NCBI GenBank assembly: GCA_963977015.1
Contig: CAXBMO010000001.1
Coordinates: 320,001 to 384,000 of the forward strand
Source of the DNA: an uncultured bacterium
Lineage (GTDB): Bacteria; Verrucomicrobiota; Verrucomicrobiia; Verrucomicrobiales; DEV007
DNA: 64,000 nucleotides
Direction of reading: 5' to 3'
The notes under the pieces are model-generated. The model saw nothing but the letters and a program-made list of their open reading frames with translations. It searched no databases and was not told where the DNA came from. This document shows positions 1 through 9,870 of this stretch, one piece after another. Each line of letters opens with the position of its first letter. The first letter of the stretch is position 1. The translations under genes were made by a program, and so were the position numbers.

Positions 1-510
1 GAGCATCTGGATTCCGCTGCAGGGAGCGTCGACTCCAATGGTGGTTCCTTTCCAAAGCAGATTGGTTGCTTCGCGCTCGATCCCCAGTCCAAAGAGATTG
101 AGCGTTGCCTGGGAAACTACGGCGGTAACGATTCGAAGTGGGTAACCCAGGTAGAACTGCAGACTCGCGATGATGGGCAGCGAAAGCGCGAAGATTCCCC
201 AAATCGGCAGGTGGCGAAGCAGCGTCCCGGCCATGGTCGCAATGATGAGGAGGGCGAGGACAGCCCGAATCAGAGGCGGCATGTTCCCGTAGCCAAAGGT
301 GTAAACGAGAAGCAGCGCAGATGCGGAGACCGCACCGAGAAACGTGAACCGCAGTTCATTTCTCACCTTCCAAAGAAACGCGCCACCAACCAACAGGGCC
401 ACCAACCCCCACGGTTCGTCGGAACCATCCGTTACCCGGAGGGCATACCATCGCCAGACCGGCCAAAAGGCGAGGAGGACGATGAGTGGGAGCAGGCGGC
501 TGAGTTTCAT
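1..510 (-). CDS. Exosortase/archaeosortase family protein (XrtQ-like), runs off the window start
   Basis: Not in the ORF track; translated by hand from ATG at 510: MKLSRLLPLIVLLAFWPVWRWYALRVTDGSDEPWGLVALL... hydrophobic, reaching IGVDAPCSGIQML (exosortase catalytic Cys motif) at the window edge. Lies directly downstream of a PEP-CTERM gene. Confidence 0.85.
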   Translation of the reverse strand, partial: MKLSRLLPLIVLLAFWPVWRWYALRVTDGSDEPWGLVALLVGGAFLWKVRNELRFTFLGAVSASALLLVYTFGYGNMPPLIRAVLALLIIATMAGTLLRHLPIWGIFALSLPIIASLQFYLGYPLRIVTAVVSQATLNLFGLGIEREATNLLWKGTTIGVDAPCSGIQML

Positions 511-531
511 GGTGAATCTCGGTTTGCTGGA

Positions 532-2589
532 TTAGATCCGGGAATGAAGGAGCTCCGCGAGCAGGCGGCGTTGATTCCAAGCCAGGAACCCGATGCCGAT
601 GGCGAGCAGGAGGTAGAACTCGGGCTCTGGAACCGCTCCACCACCAACCGCTTGGGCGGCAACCCCCTGGGGCAGCGGTGCTGGTTGATTGACCTTGGTT
701 TGTTGCTGATTTTCCGCGCCCTCGCGGACGACGTCATCGACGGCGACAAACGAGGTGAATTCCGTCAGCAGGTTGTAGGTGAGACCCAGATTCGTGATCT
801 GCAGTTTGGTCTCGGATTCAAGATCGGGATTCGTCACCCCGCGATGCTGCCGGTCTGCCCAACGGTAGTCAGCGATGGTCGCGATCCGGTCGCGGGCCCA
901 AAGGTAGGGAAGGGCCGGGTTTTCCAGGTTTTCGACGCTGGCCGCGATCGAGAGATTGCGGCGTTGTGCGCCGGAGATTCCGCTGAGCTTGATGTCACCG
1001 ACCGGTTCTCCACGCCATTTTCCGAATACCGTGATTGGCCGGTCGGCGAGGACGTCGGGAACGCTCTTCGGCTCGACATCATAAACGTCCAACTTGCCAA
1101 AATCGATCTCAACATCGGTCAGAACCGGAGAGGAAATGTAGTTTCGCAGTTGATCTGCTTTCTGGGCGGCTTCCTCGGGCTTGGTCACGATGAAGGGTTC
1201 GCCTCGCCCCGCCCTGGCGAGTCCTTCAATGAGGTAACGGTTCACACTCGAGCCGATTCCAAAAGCAAACAAGTTGGCTTGGCCGAGGTTTTGCCGAACG
1301 ACGTCCATGGCTTCCCGGTCGAAGCTGACATAACCATCGGTGACGACGACGATGGATCGGGACGTCCCGCCATCGCTCGGAAGTTTCAGAGAGGTTTGCA
1401 GCGCCGAAACCATTTCGGTGCCACCGCCCGCGGAAGCGGATTCGAGCCAGCGCGTTGCGCGACTCACGTTCGCCGTGGTCGCGGGAATCGACCGCTGTTC
1501 GAATACATGTGAACTGCCCGCAAAGAGCACGATGTTGAACGTGTCGCGCTTTTCGAGATCGCCGATGAGATCGCGCATCAGCGTTTTGGCCGTGTTCAAC
1601 GGAAAGCCGGTCATCGAGCCCGAGACATCGACGACAAAAACGTATTCCCGCGCGGGGACCTGCTGGGGCTTGATACGCTGGGGTGGTTGAACCGTCAGGA
1701 GGAAGAAGTTCTCACCCAAACGCTCATCGCGATGCAAGAGAAGGCCGGAGGCAACTTCTTCTCCCGCGAGGCGATAGCGCAGAATATAGTCCCGGTTTCC
1801 TGGATTGGGTTCGTAGTGATCGAGAGCAACGGTCGCTTGATCCGGGCCTTGGTAGTCGATTTTGACCGGATGAGTGCCGCAAGCGAGATTCCCGATGGGC
1901 ATGCCCGCCTGAATGCTGACGTTGATATCGAAGGTGGATGGATTCTCGGCTCCTTCTGCGAGAAAGGGATTGGCAACCCAGGCGTCAGCAGCCGCTTTTG
2001 GCGAGTCTGCCGGTGTGTTGGAGTAGCGCGGGCCGACAACGGTGGGAAAGACGAACTCGTAGACCTGGCTGGTCGGAATCAGATGCTCCGTGTAACGCAA
2101 TGTGACTTCGACCCGGTCGCCCGGCATCATCGTCGCCACATTCATTTGGAACACGTTGGGGCGATGCTGTTGGAGGAGCGAAGCGGATTTGTTCTGCGCC
2201 TTGGCTTGATCGAAGATCTCCTGGGCTTTTTTGCGTTCCTCGATTTTCGCTTCAATCTTGCGATCGCCGATTTTCATCGTCATTCCGTGAACGGCAGCCC
2301 GGGTTGAACCGGGGAACACGTATTGGGCTTCCAGAATGTTCGTGCCGGTGTTGTGATAGGTTTGGCGAATCTCAACGTTCGCGATGACCCCGGAAATCTG
2401 AACGTCGACATCGGTCGATTTCAGCGGAAGCAGGTCCTGCCCCGTGATTTCGGGATCGTCCTGATTCAAAACGACGAAGAACGGGCTGAGCGTCTGGTCC
2501 GTCGGTGGCTGGGGGAAAGCCGTGGGAACTGCGAAAGCGCTGGCGCTGATCGCGATTGCGAGGCTGGTGAAGAGGAAGTGTTTTTTCAT
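532..2589 (-). CDS. VIT + von Willebrand A domain protein with C-terminal PEP-CTERM sorting signal
   Basis: Signal peptide MKKHFLF...AFA; VIT domain (LPLKSTDVDVQISGVIA, EAQYVFP); vWA MIDAS DVSGSM and VVTDG; C-terminal VPEPEFYLLLAIGIGFLAWNQRR. Confidence 0.9.
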   Translation of the reverse strand: MKKHFLFTSLAIAISASAFAVPTAFPQPPTDQTLSPFFVVLNQDDPEITGQDLLPLKSTDVDVQISGVIANVEIRQTYHNTGTNILEAQYVFPGSTRAAVHGMTMKIGDRKIEAKIEERKKAQEIFDQAKAQNKSASLLQQHRPNVFQMNVATMMPGDRVEVTLRYTEHLIPTSQVYEFVFPTVVGPRYSNTPADSPKAAADAWVANPFLAEGAENPSTFDINVSIQAGMPIGNLACGTHPVKIDYQGPDQATVALDHYEPNPGNRDYILRYRLAGEEVASGLLLHRDERLGENFFLLTVQPPQRIKPQQVPAREYVFVVDVSGSMTGFPLNTAKTLMRDLIGDLEKRDTFNIVLFAGSSHVFEQRSIPATTANVSRATRWLESASAGGGTEMVSALQTSLKLPSDGGTSRSIVVVTDGYVSFDREAMDVVRQNLGQANLFAFGIGSSVNRYLIEGLARAGRGEPFIVTKPEEAAQKADQLRNYISSPVLTDVEIDFGKLDVYDVEPKSVPDVLADRPITVFGKWRGEPVGDIKLSGISGAQRRNLSIAASVENLENPALPYLWARDRIATIADYRWADRQHRGVTNPDLESETKLQITNLGLTYNLLTEFTSFVAVDDVVREGAENQQQTKVNQPAPLPQGVAAQAVGGGAVPEPEFYLLLAIGIGFLAWNQRRLLAELLHSRI

Positions 2590-2739
2590 AATCGGTCGCA
2601 TTTCTCTGGCGAAGTTGAGTCAGAGGATGCAGAGCGGATTTGAAGCGAGTAGGAAACGGGCACGAAGAGTTGGTGAAGTTTCTGTGAAGCAGGTGGATTT
2701 CCGCATTGAAACCCGCCGTTTCCTCCCAATGCTAGGGCA

Positions 2740-4380
2740 GTGCGAAGCTCAACCCTCATTCTTGTCTTGATCGCTGCCATTATGGCGAGTTGTCGAGTGG
2801 ATCGTGCCGACCAAGCCGCTGAGGACAATATTTTAGTGCTGGGGAACGGCGCAGAGCCCAAAGCCCTCGATCCGGGGCAGGTTCAGAGTGTGGGGGACAG
2901 CAACATCATGTTGGCGCTGTTCGAGGGATTGGTGAACTACCACATCAGCGACGACAACCTCCATCAGCCCGGCGTCGCCCAAGCTTGGGAGGCGAATGAG
3001 GATTTCACGGTGTGGAAGTTCTACCTGCGCGGGGGCGACCACGAGAACCAGCCCAAGCTGGCCCCTTCCAAGTGGTCCAATGGAGAGCTCGTCACGGCAG
3101 GCGACTTTGTTTTTGCTTACAAGCGCACCCTGTCGCCCAAGTACGCATCACCTTATGCGTCGATGCTCTATTTCCTGGAGAACGCGCAAGACTTCAATGA
3201 AGGAACGATCACCGACTTTTCGGAAGTGGGGGTGAAGGCCATTGACGACTTCACCTTGGAATGCCGGCTTCATTCGCCGACGGCCTATTTCCCGGGAGTC
3301 GTAAAGCATCAAACCTGGTATCCGGTCCATCCGGGGACGATTGAGAAGTTTGGCGACTTTGATGATAAGTATACGGCGTGGCAGCGACCGGGAAACCATG
3401 TCGGGAACGGTCCCTTTCAACTCAAGTCCTGGCGCATCAATGACAAGGTTGTGGTGGAGCGGAATCCTCATTACTGGGGCGCCGCAGACGTAAAGCTCGA
3501 CGAAGTCTGGTTCATTCCTGCGGATACCTATACCGAAGAGCGGATGTTTCGAGATGGCTCGATTCATATGACCTATGTTCTTCCTCCGACCTTGATCGAC
3601 TATTATAAGAAGAACTATCCGGAGCTTTTACGGGTTGAGCCGTACTCGGGTTCCTATTTTTACCGGTGTAATATTAAGGAGCCGCCACTTGATGATCCCA
3701 AGGTAAGAAGAGCCTTGGCAATGGCGATCGATCGGGAGAAGATCGTCAAGTTTGTGACCCGCGGCGGTCAAATGCCGGCATCAGCCTTCACTCCGCCGAT
3801 TGGAGGCGTTTATGATCCTCCGGACTCCATTCGGTTTGATCCCGTCGAAGCTCGCAAACTGTTGGCAGAATCCAAATACGGAACCAACCTCCCGAAGTTT
3901 GAATTGTTGATCAATACTTCGGAGCAGCATCGAAAGATTGCGGAGGCGATTCAGGACATGTGGCGCACGAACCTGCAACTCGATCCGGATGTCATCTCGA
4001 TCAACAATCAGGAATGGAAGGTTTTTCAGGTAACGACCTTTGAGAAGAAGTATGAAATGGCCCGGGCTGGATGGATTGCCGACTACGTCGATCCAACCAC
4101 CTTTCTGGACATGTGGAGAAGGGGAGACAGCAACAACAATACCAACTGGGGGAGCGATCAATATGATGGCCTGTTGAAAAAGGCTGCGTTGGAACAAGAC
4201 CCGGAGCAACGCCTCAAAATCCTTTATCAAGCTGAAGAAGTGTTGATGGAGGATTTACCGATCATTCCGATTTACTGGTATACGCGTGTTTATGCGATTC
4301 ATCCCCGGGTGAAAAACTGGCATCCGCTCGTTCTGGATAAACACGATTATAAACAAATCTACTTTGGCCCACCCAACTGA
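2740..4380 (+). CDS. oppA: Oligopeptide ABC transporter substrate-binding lipoprotein
   Basis: Lipobox-like MASC; SBP family 5 motifs (EPKALDP, LFEGLV, GNGPFQL, RAGWIADYVDP). Confidence 0.9.
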   Translation: MRSSTLILVLIAAIMASCRVDRADQAAEDNILVLGNGAEPKALDPGQVQSVGDSNIMLALFEGLVNYHISDDNLHQPGVAQAWEANEDFTVWKFYLRGGDHENQPKLAPSKWSNGELVTAGDFVFAYKRTLSPKYASPYASMLYFLENAQDFNEGTITDFSEVGVKAIDDFTLECRLHSPTAYFPGVVKHQTWYPVHPGTIEKFGDFDDKYTAWQRPGNHVGNGPFQLKSWRINDKVVVERNPHYWGAADVKLDEVWFIPADTYTEERMFRDGSIHMTYVLPPTLIDYYKKNYPELLRVEPYSGSYFYRCNIKEPPLDDPKVRRALAMAIDREKIVKFVTRGGQMPASAFTPPIGGVYDPPDSIRFDPVEARKLLAESKYGTNLPKFELLINTSEQHRKIAEAIQDMWRTNLQLDPDVISINNQEWKVFQVTTFEKKYEMARAGWIADYVDPTTFLDMWRRGDSNNNTNWGSDQYDGLLKKAALEQDPEQRLKILYQAEEVLMEDLPIIPIYWYTRVYAIHPRVKNWHPLVLDKHDYKQIYFGPPN

Positions 4381-4383
4381 TCC

Positions 4384-5322
4384 ATGGCCCGCTTTCTTAT
4401 CAATCGACTGATCCAGGCCATCATCGTCCTGCTTTGTATTGTAACGGTGACGTTCTTTTTGATTCGTGCGGTTCCGGGCAGTCCGTTTCAGGAGGAGCGC
4501 GCGATTCCCGCACATCTGGTCGCGGAAATGGAAGCCAAGTTTGGTCTGGACCAACCCTGGCCGGTGCAACTCTTCAAGTATTATGGAAGATGTCTCACCT
4601 TCTTCCATGAAGTGGACTCCATGAGCAATTCCGGCTTCACGATCAGGGAGTTGATCGCGTCGTCGTTTCCCATTTCCTTTCGAATCGCGATGGGAGGATT
4701 GTTGATCGCGCTTGTGATTGGCCTTCCGCTCGGAGTGATGGCCGCCGCGAGGAAGAATACCTGGATGGATTACAGCTTCATGTCGTTGGCTCTGGTTGGC
4801 ATTTGCCTTCCGACTTTGGTCATTGGTCCTGTTTTATCGCAGTGGATCGGGATTCAGCTCGGCTGGTTCGACGCGGCAGGCTGGTGGGGGCCGGGAAGCT
4901 GGATTTTGCCGGCAATCACGCTCGGCATGTTCTACGCCGGTTATTTTGCGCGACTGACTCGTGGCGGAATGCTGGATGTGCTGAATCAGGACTTTGTGCG
5001 GACGGCCCGGGCGAAGGGATTGCCGGAATGGCGAATTCTCGTGGTTCACACGTTAAAAGGCGGTCTGCTTCCATCGGTCACCTTCATGGGCCCCGCGATT
5101 GCCGGATTGATTGGAGGATCGTTCGTTGTTGAGAAAATTTTTGCGGTGCCCGGACAAGGAATCCTGTTTTTGAACGCAATCGTGAACCGCGATCATTTCC
5201 TGATCATGGGCTGCGTCCTGGTGTATGGAATCCTCATTCTGGTCATGAACCTGGTGGTCGACCTGGCGCAGGTGGCGATGAACCCCCGGTTGCGGGGAGA
5301 AACCCAGACAACTTCCGAATAA
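4384..5322 (+). CDS. oppB: Oligopeptide ABC transporter permease
   Basis: PGSPF, RTARAKGL EAA loop, multiple TM segments; follows oppA. Confidence 0.9.
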   Translation: MARFLINRLIQAIIVLLCIVTVTFFLIRAVPGSPFQEERAIPAHLVAEMEAKFGLDQPWPVQLFKYYGRCLTFFHEVDSMSNSGFTIRELIASSFPISFRIAMGGLLIALVIGLPLGVMAAARKNTWMDYSFMSLALVGICLPTLVIGPVLSQWIGIQLGWFDAAGWWGPGSWILPAITLGMFYAGYFARLTRGGMLDVLNQDFVRTARAKGLPEWRILVVHTLKGGLLPSVTFMGPAIAGLIGGSFVVEKIFAVPGQGILFLNAIVNRDHFLIMGCVLVYGILILVMNLVVDLAQVAMNPRLRGETQTTSE

Positions 5323-5328
5323 TCCGTC

Positions 5329-6288
5329 ATGGCTGATTCCGATATCGCTCCACCACCTCATGAACTGGAAAAAGGCTCGTCGCTGGGCCGGGACGCCTGG
5401 ATTCGACTGTCGAAGAACCGGCTCGCGATGATTTGCCTGTTTCTCTTTGTCGGAATCACGATCTTCTGTTTCTCAGAGCTGATTACCCGTCCGTTGGGAT
5501 GGTCGAATAATCCGGATGCGAACGAGCTGACACTTCGCTCGAAACCGCCCTCGCTCATGCCGCAATTGGCTGCGCCGGAAGATTTGGATGATCCGAATCA
5601 AGCGATCGAGGGAACCTATTGGTTTGGCTCGGATTCGCTTGGCCGCGATATCTTTGCCCGGATTCGTGCCGGCGGCCAGATTTCGCTCGCGGTGGGGTTC
5701 ATGGCGACCCTTGTTTCGATGACGATCGGAGTGATCTACGGCACCATCTCCGGTTACATCGGTGGACGGACCGATGCGTTGATGATGCGCATTGTCGATA
5801 TTGGATATGCGCTTCCCTTTACCCTGATCGTGATTCTCCTCGGGTTGGTCTTCGGTCGGGCGATTTGGCTGATCTTCCTCGCGATCGGAGCCGTCGAATG
5901 GCTCACCATGGCGCGGATCGTTCGGGGCCAGGTTCTGTCGCTGAAGAAACAGGAGTTCGTCGAAGCCGCGATCAGTCTTGGTTACGGGCATTGGCGGATC
6001 ATGCTGCGCCACCTGATTCCCAACGTGATTGGGCCGGTGATTGTTTACACGACCCTGACCGTTCCGGCCGTGATGCGTTTGGAAGCCGTTCTCAGTTTCC
6101 TCGGGCTGGGGGTTCAGCCGCCACGCAGTTCATGGGGAACGTTGATCAAGGAGGGAGCAGACCAAATGCAGAGTGAGCCCTGGCTGCTGTTTTTCCCCGC
6201 GCTCTTTTTCAGCGCGACGTTGTTTTGCCTGAACTTCCTGGGAGATGGTCTTCGCGACGCGCTCGATCCCAAATCCTCCAAGGACTGA
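5329..6288 (+). CDS. oppC: Oligopeptide ABC transporter permease
   Basis: FGSDSLGRD, EFVEAAISLG, RHLIPN, LGDGLRDALDP. Confidence 0.92.
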   Translation: MADSDIAPPPHELEKGSSLGRDAWIRLSKNRLAMICLFLFVGITIFCFSELITRPLGWSNNPDANELTLRSKPPSLMPQLAAPEDLDDPNQAIEGTYWFGSDSLGRDIFARIRAGGQISLAVGFMATLVSMTIGVIYGTISGYIGGRTDALMMRIVDIGYALPFTLIVILLGLVFGRAIWLIFLAIGAVEWLTMARIVRGQVLSLKKQEFVEAAISLGYGHWRIMLRHLIPNVIGPVIVYTTLTVPAVMRLEAVLSFLGLGVQPPRSSWGTLIKEGADQMQSEPWLLFFPALFFSATLFCLNFLGDGLRDALDPKSSKD

Positions 6289-6366
6289 GAAAGTCCCGCA
6301 CTCCGACAAACCGTCAGGAGGCCGACGTCGCCAACAAGTCCGACCGTTCGCGATATCCCGGCTGGC

Positions 6367-6840
6367 TCAAAGCAACGGCCAAACCTCTTTCAAATCCGGA
6401 TCTTCCTTGGCCGTTTTCTTCAAATTCGAATCCATTTTGATCGCCTTGCGAAGCAAGGATTCTGCTTCCTCAATCTGACTGAGCTGCGCGCGATAGCAGC
6501 TCAGGTTGTAGAAGTAAGTCGCTTCGTTTTCGAGCGCTTTGGGGCCATTTAACAACAGGTCAAGTGCATCCTGGGTTTTGCCCATTTCATGGAGGCAGAA
6601 GGCTGTGTGGATATAGCCGCCGGGCTGCTTGGGGGCGCGTTTGCACATGTTTTGCGCAATCTCCAGTGCTTCGTCCCAGCGCGATTCCTTGATCAGCAGC
6701 ATCGCCTCCATATTCATCGCGGGAATCGCGTTTCTTCCGCGCGAGCTGATGGAAAGCAGCTCTTCCCACGAGTCCTCGATCATCCCCAAATCGTGATAGC
6801 CTTCGGCCGATTTAAGGGCCTTCTCCTCCTTATCGGTCAT
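6367..6840 (-). CDS. Tetratricopeptide repeat protein
   Basis: Helical TPR-like repeats; C-terminal YNLSCY...A...L..AI..D...A.EDPDL signature. Confidence 0.75.
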   Translation of the reverse strand: MTDKEEKALKSAEGYHDLGMIEDSWEELLSISSRGRNAIPAMNMEAMLLIKESRWDEALEIAQNMCKRAPKQPGGYIHTAFCLHEMGKTQDALDLLLNGPKALENEATYFYNLSCYRAQLSQIEEAESLLRKAIKMDSNLKKTAKEDPDLKEVWPLL

Positions 6841-6845
6841 GGAAT

Positions 6846-7736
6846 TCAGGCGTCGACCGTTTCAAGTTCCGAATCTGGTTGAATCTCTTTGATCTCGCCC
6901 TTGGCCTTCAACTCGTCCAACAACGCATTGATCTTGGCTTCACGAGACTCTGTCGCAAACCGTTCGGTGAGTTCAGCCTTCACGTCGTCGAACGGAATCG
7001 GCTTGGGCTCTTTCCGGTCGATGAGTTTGAAAATGTGGTAGCCAAAATGTGTCGCTACAACCGGGCTGATCTCCCCGAGATTCATCGAAAAGGTGATGAT
7101 CTCCACTTCCTGCATCAACCCGCCGCGTTTGTAGAAGCCAAGGTCCATGTGATGATCCTCGCGGCAGAGCTCTTTCGCCTTCGTTTCGAAATCCGCGCCA
7201 TCGAGCAATTCCTGACGAACCTGGCGTAGCTTGGCGTAAAGTTCGTTGGCTTCTTCCGGGCCATGGGGTTCGAGGTAAATGTGCCAGCTTTGCACTTCCT
7301 CGTCCGTCATGAATTCATCCTGATGATCCTTGTAGAACTGGCGCAAATTGGCGTCGGTTGGCTCCGGTTCTTCGCCAACGTGGTCCGCCAGGATTTTGTC
7401 GACACTGAGCGTGGTTGCCACCTTCGCCCGAATCTCGTCGGTCTGATCCGGGTTCATGTTGATGTTGGCAAAGAACTGTTCTTCTCCACCATGCTGCTCT
7501 TTCAACTGCTCGATGGTTTCGTCAATTTCGGCCTCCGACGGCTTGCCAAAACGCTTGATCGATTCCTGATGCAGCAAGGTGCGGCTGACGACATTATCGA
7601 CCGCGAGGCTCCGAAATTCCTCGTCCCGATCGCAGCAAACGACTTCTCCAAGTCGCTCGTGATGTTCTTTGATCGCGTCAAACTCCTCTTCGAGAGTCAT
7701 CTCGTCGATCTCTTCGCCATTGATAATGAAGGCCAT
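6846..7736 (-). CDS. PpiC/parvulin-type peptidyl-prolyl isomerase (SurA/PrsA-like, no signal peptide)
   Basis: IINGEEI N-terminus; parvulin motifs SWHIY, DFETKAKE, DLGFYKRG, ISPVVATHFGYHIFKL. Start taken at ATG 7736. Confidence 0.85.
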   Translation of the reverse strand: MAFIINGEEIDEMTLEEEFDAIKEHHERLGEVVCCDRDEEFRSLAVDNVVSRTLLHQESIKRFGKPSEAEIDETIEQLKEQHGGEEQFFANINMNPDQTDEIRAKVATTLSVDKILADHVGEEPEPTDANLRQFYKDHQDEFMTDEEVQSWHIYLEPHGPEEANELYAKLRQVRQELLDGADFETKAKELCREDHHMDLGFYKRGGLMQEVEIITFSMNLGEISPVVATHFGYHIFKLIDRKEPKPIPFDDVKAELTERFATESREAKINALLDELKAKGEIKEIQPDSELETVDA

Positions 7737-7841
7737 CTTTGACAATGGAGTCGCACAAGACCGTGTCAAGATTTTGGAGCCTGCCGAAACCTGAAACTGA
7801 AAACTTGACAGGGAGAGCGGAATTCAGATAATCGCGCCAAC

Positions 7842-8075
7842 ATGAAACACCTGATTGCAACACTTTCTATCGCCATTGCCCTGACCTTTGGCCCCTCTTC
7901 GATCCTTGCTGGCGAGGTCGAAAAAGAGCCCCTCAATCTGGAGGAAATCACGGAATTGGCGGTTGAAGAGCAAGTGGATCAGGCGCAGCTCACCGACACC
8001 GAAGGTGGTATGGTCGGCGGTGCTGGATTGCTCATCGTTGGAGCCATCATCCTTGCGATCGCGGTCGCGAACTAG
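7842..8075 (+). CDS. Small secreted/membrane peptide (signal peptide, acidic spacer, GG, hydrophobic tail)
   Basis: 77 aa with clear tripartite structure, filling the gap between two minus-strand genes. Confidence 0.7.
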   Translation: MKHLIATLSIAIALTFGPSSILAGEVEKEPLNLEEITELAVEEQVDQAQLTDTEGGMVGGAGLLIVGAIILAIAVAN

Positions 8076-8089
8076 ACTCGCGACTTCGC

Positions 8090-9379
8090 TCAGCTTCCCT
8101 GCTCTTCACGCAATCGGATTGCGGCGGAATTTCCGTGCGCATCCAGGCCTTCAATCTCTGAGAAGGCCTGGATAATCGGGGCGGTTTTTGCCAGCGATTC
8201 CCTGCTGAGACGAACGATGCTGGTCCGCCGTTGAAACTGGTCAACGGTGAGTCCGGGGAAGCATTTGCCGGCTCCTCCGGTCGGGAGCTCATGGCTTGGC
8301 CCCACCGCGAAGTCGCCAGCCGCGACCGGCGAGTAGTTGCCAAGGAAAATCGCGCCTGCGGTTCGAACTTTGGGAATCAGCGTTTCGTCATCTTCTGCGA
8401 TGAGGGAAAGGTGCTCGGGAGCAAATTCGTTGGTCAGTTCGATCCCTTGGTCGATGGAATCGACTTTGACCAGCGTGCAACTCTTCTCCAGAACCTGACG
8501 AAGCGGGCCCTGGCGGGTAAGCTTTTCCGCCTGGGAATCGACTTCCCGTTGCACGGCGTCAAGCAGGTCCTGGGAGTCGGAAACCAGCACGGCAACCGAG
8601 TCGCCGCCATGTTCTGCCTGCGCCAGCAAATCGGAGGCAATCCACGCCGGGTTCCCAGTTTGGTCAGCTAAAACCAGGATCTCGCTCGGTCCGGGGAGGA
8701 GGTCGATCGCGACCGCGCCGAAAGCCTGGCGTTTGGCTTCCATCACGTAGGCGTTGCCGGGGCCAAAGATCTTGTGAACGGGATCAATCGTCTTCGTGCC
8801 CGTGGCCATCGCGGCGATGGCCTGGGCTCCACCGAGTTTGTAGACTTCAGTCGCTCCGGCGGCTCGCAACGCATAGAGCATGGCCGGATTGATGCTGCCA
8901 TCGGGTTGTGGCGGTGTGCAGACCACGATCTCCGGGCAGCCCGCCGCTTTCGCGATGCTGACGGTCATGTTCACGGTTGAAACGAGCGGAGCGGTTCCGC
9001 CGGGAACGTAGATTCCGACGCGTTCGAAGGGCTGGAAAATCTCACCAATCTCAACGCCTTGCGCGTTCTTGCCTTCCCAATCCCGTCGCATGCTTTTTTC
9101 CGCGAACGCGATGACGTTTTCGCGGCTCAGGCGAATGGCCTCCTCGGTTTCGGGATCCAGGCTCGACTCTGCGGCGGTGAACTCGGCCTCCGTAACCCGC
9201 AGGTTCTCCGCCGAAGCGAAGCGAACGCGATCAAACTTCTCCTCAAACTCAATCAGAGCGTCGTCTCCGCGCTCCCGAATTGCCTGAAGCACTTCGCGCA
9301 CCGTCTTCGCAACATGATCCAGTGGCTCATAGCGCCGGGCGAGCGCGATTCGGGCTTCCTCAAAATTCAGAACTTTCAT
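8090..9379 (-). CDS. hisD: Histidinol dehydrogenase
   Basis: GIYVPGG, GGAQAIAA, GPGNAYV, GPSE, AQAEH, APEHL, HELPT. Confidence 0.97.
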   Translation of the reverse strand: MKVLNFEEARIALARRYEPLDHVAKTVREVLQAIRERGDDALIEFEEKFDRVRFASAENLRVTEAEFTAAESSLDPETEEAIRLSRENVIAFAEKSMRRDWEGKNAQGVEIGEIFQPFERVGIYVPGGTAPLVSTVNMTVSIAKAAGCPEIVVCTPPQPDGSINPAMLYALRAAGATEVYKLGGAQAIAAMATGTKTIDPVHKIFGPGNAYVMEAKRQAFGAVAIDLLPGPSEILVLADQTGNPAWIASDLLAQAEHGGDSVAVLVSDSQDLLDAVQREVDSQAEKLTRQGPLRQVLEKSCTLVKVDSIDQGIELTNEFAPEHLSLIAEDDETLIPKVRTAGAIFLGNYSPVAAGDFAVGPSHELPTGGAGKCFPGLTVDQFQRRTSIVRLSRESLAKTAPIIQAFSEIEGLDAHGNSAAIRLREEQGS

Positions 9380-9382
9380 CTT

Positions 9383-9814
9383 CTAATCTTCAAACAGCGT
9401 TTCCAGCGATTTCAGGCCCTCGGCCTCCAGTTCGGAACGGGGAATGAAACGCAGGGACGCGGAATTAATACAGTAACGCAGGCCGCTCGGTTGCGGTCCA
9501 TCCGGAAAAACGTGACCCAAATGGGCATCACCGGTTTTGGATCGAACTTCCGTGCGAACCATCCCGTGGCTTTCGTCGGTCACTTCGACCACTTCATCGG
9601 AATCGACCGTGGTCCAGAAACTCGGCCAACCGGTCCCGGAATCGAACTTGTGAGTCGAAGCAAAGAGCGGTTTTCCGCTAATCACATCCACGTAAACGCC
9701 TTCCTCTTTGTTGTCCCAGTAGGCATTGTTAAACGGTGGCTCCGTGCCGCATTCGCACGCCACACGATACTGCTCGGGCGTCAATTTGGCGCGGAGTTCT
9801 TCTCGATCACTCAT
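9383..9814 (-). CDS. msrB: Peptide-methionine (R)-S-oxide reductase
   Basis: [33 protein letters not shown]. Start taken at MSDREELR. Confidence 0.97.
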   Translation of the reverse strand: MSDREELRAKLTPEQYRVACECGTEPPFNNAYWDNKEEGVYVDVISGKPLFASTHKFDSGTGWPSFWTTVDSDEVVEVTDESHGMVRTEVRSKTGDAHLGHVFPDGPQPSGLRYCINSASLRFIPRSELEAEGLKSLETLFED

Positions 9815-9870
9815 GGCGGTATCCTTTCGCCGATCGGGAGATTCCGCCACCGCTTTTTCCGCCGCAATCT

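Noticed and set aside
211-1512. 433-aa plus-strand ORF
   Set aside because: Antisense shadow of the VIT-vWA and exosortase genes; no motifs.
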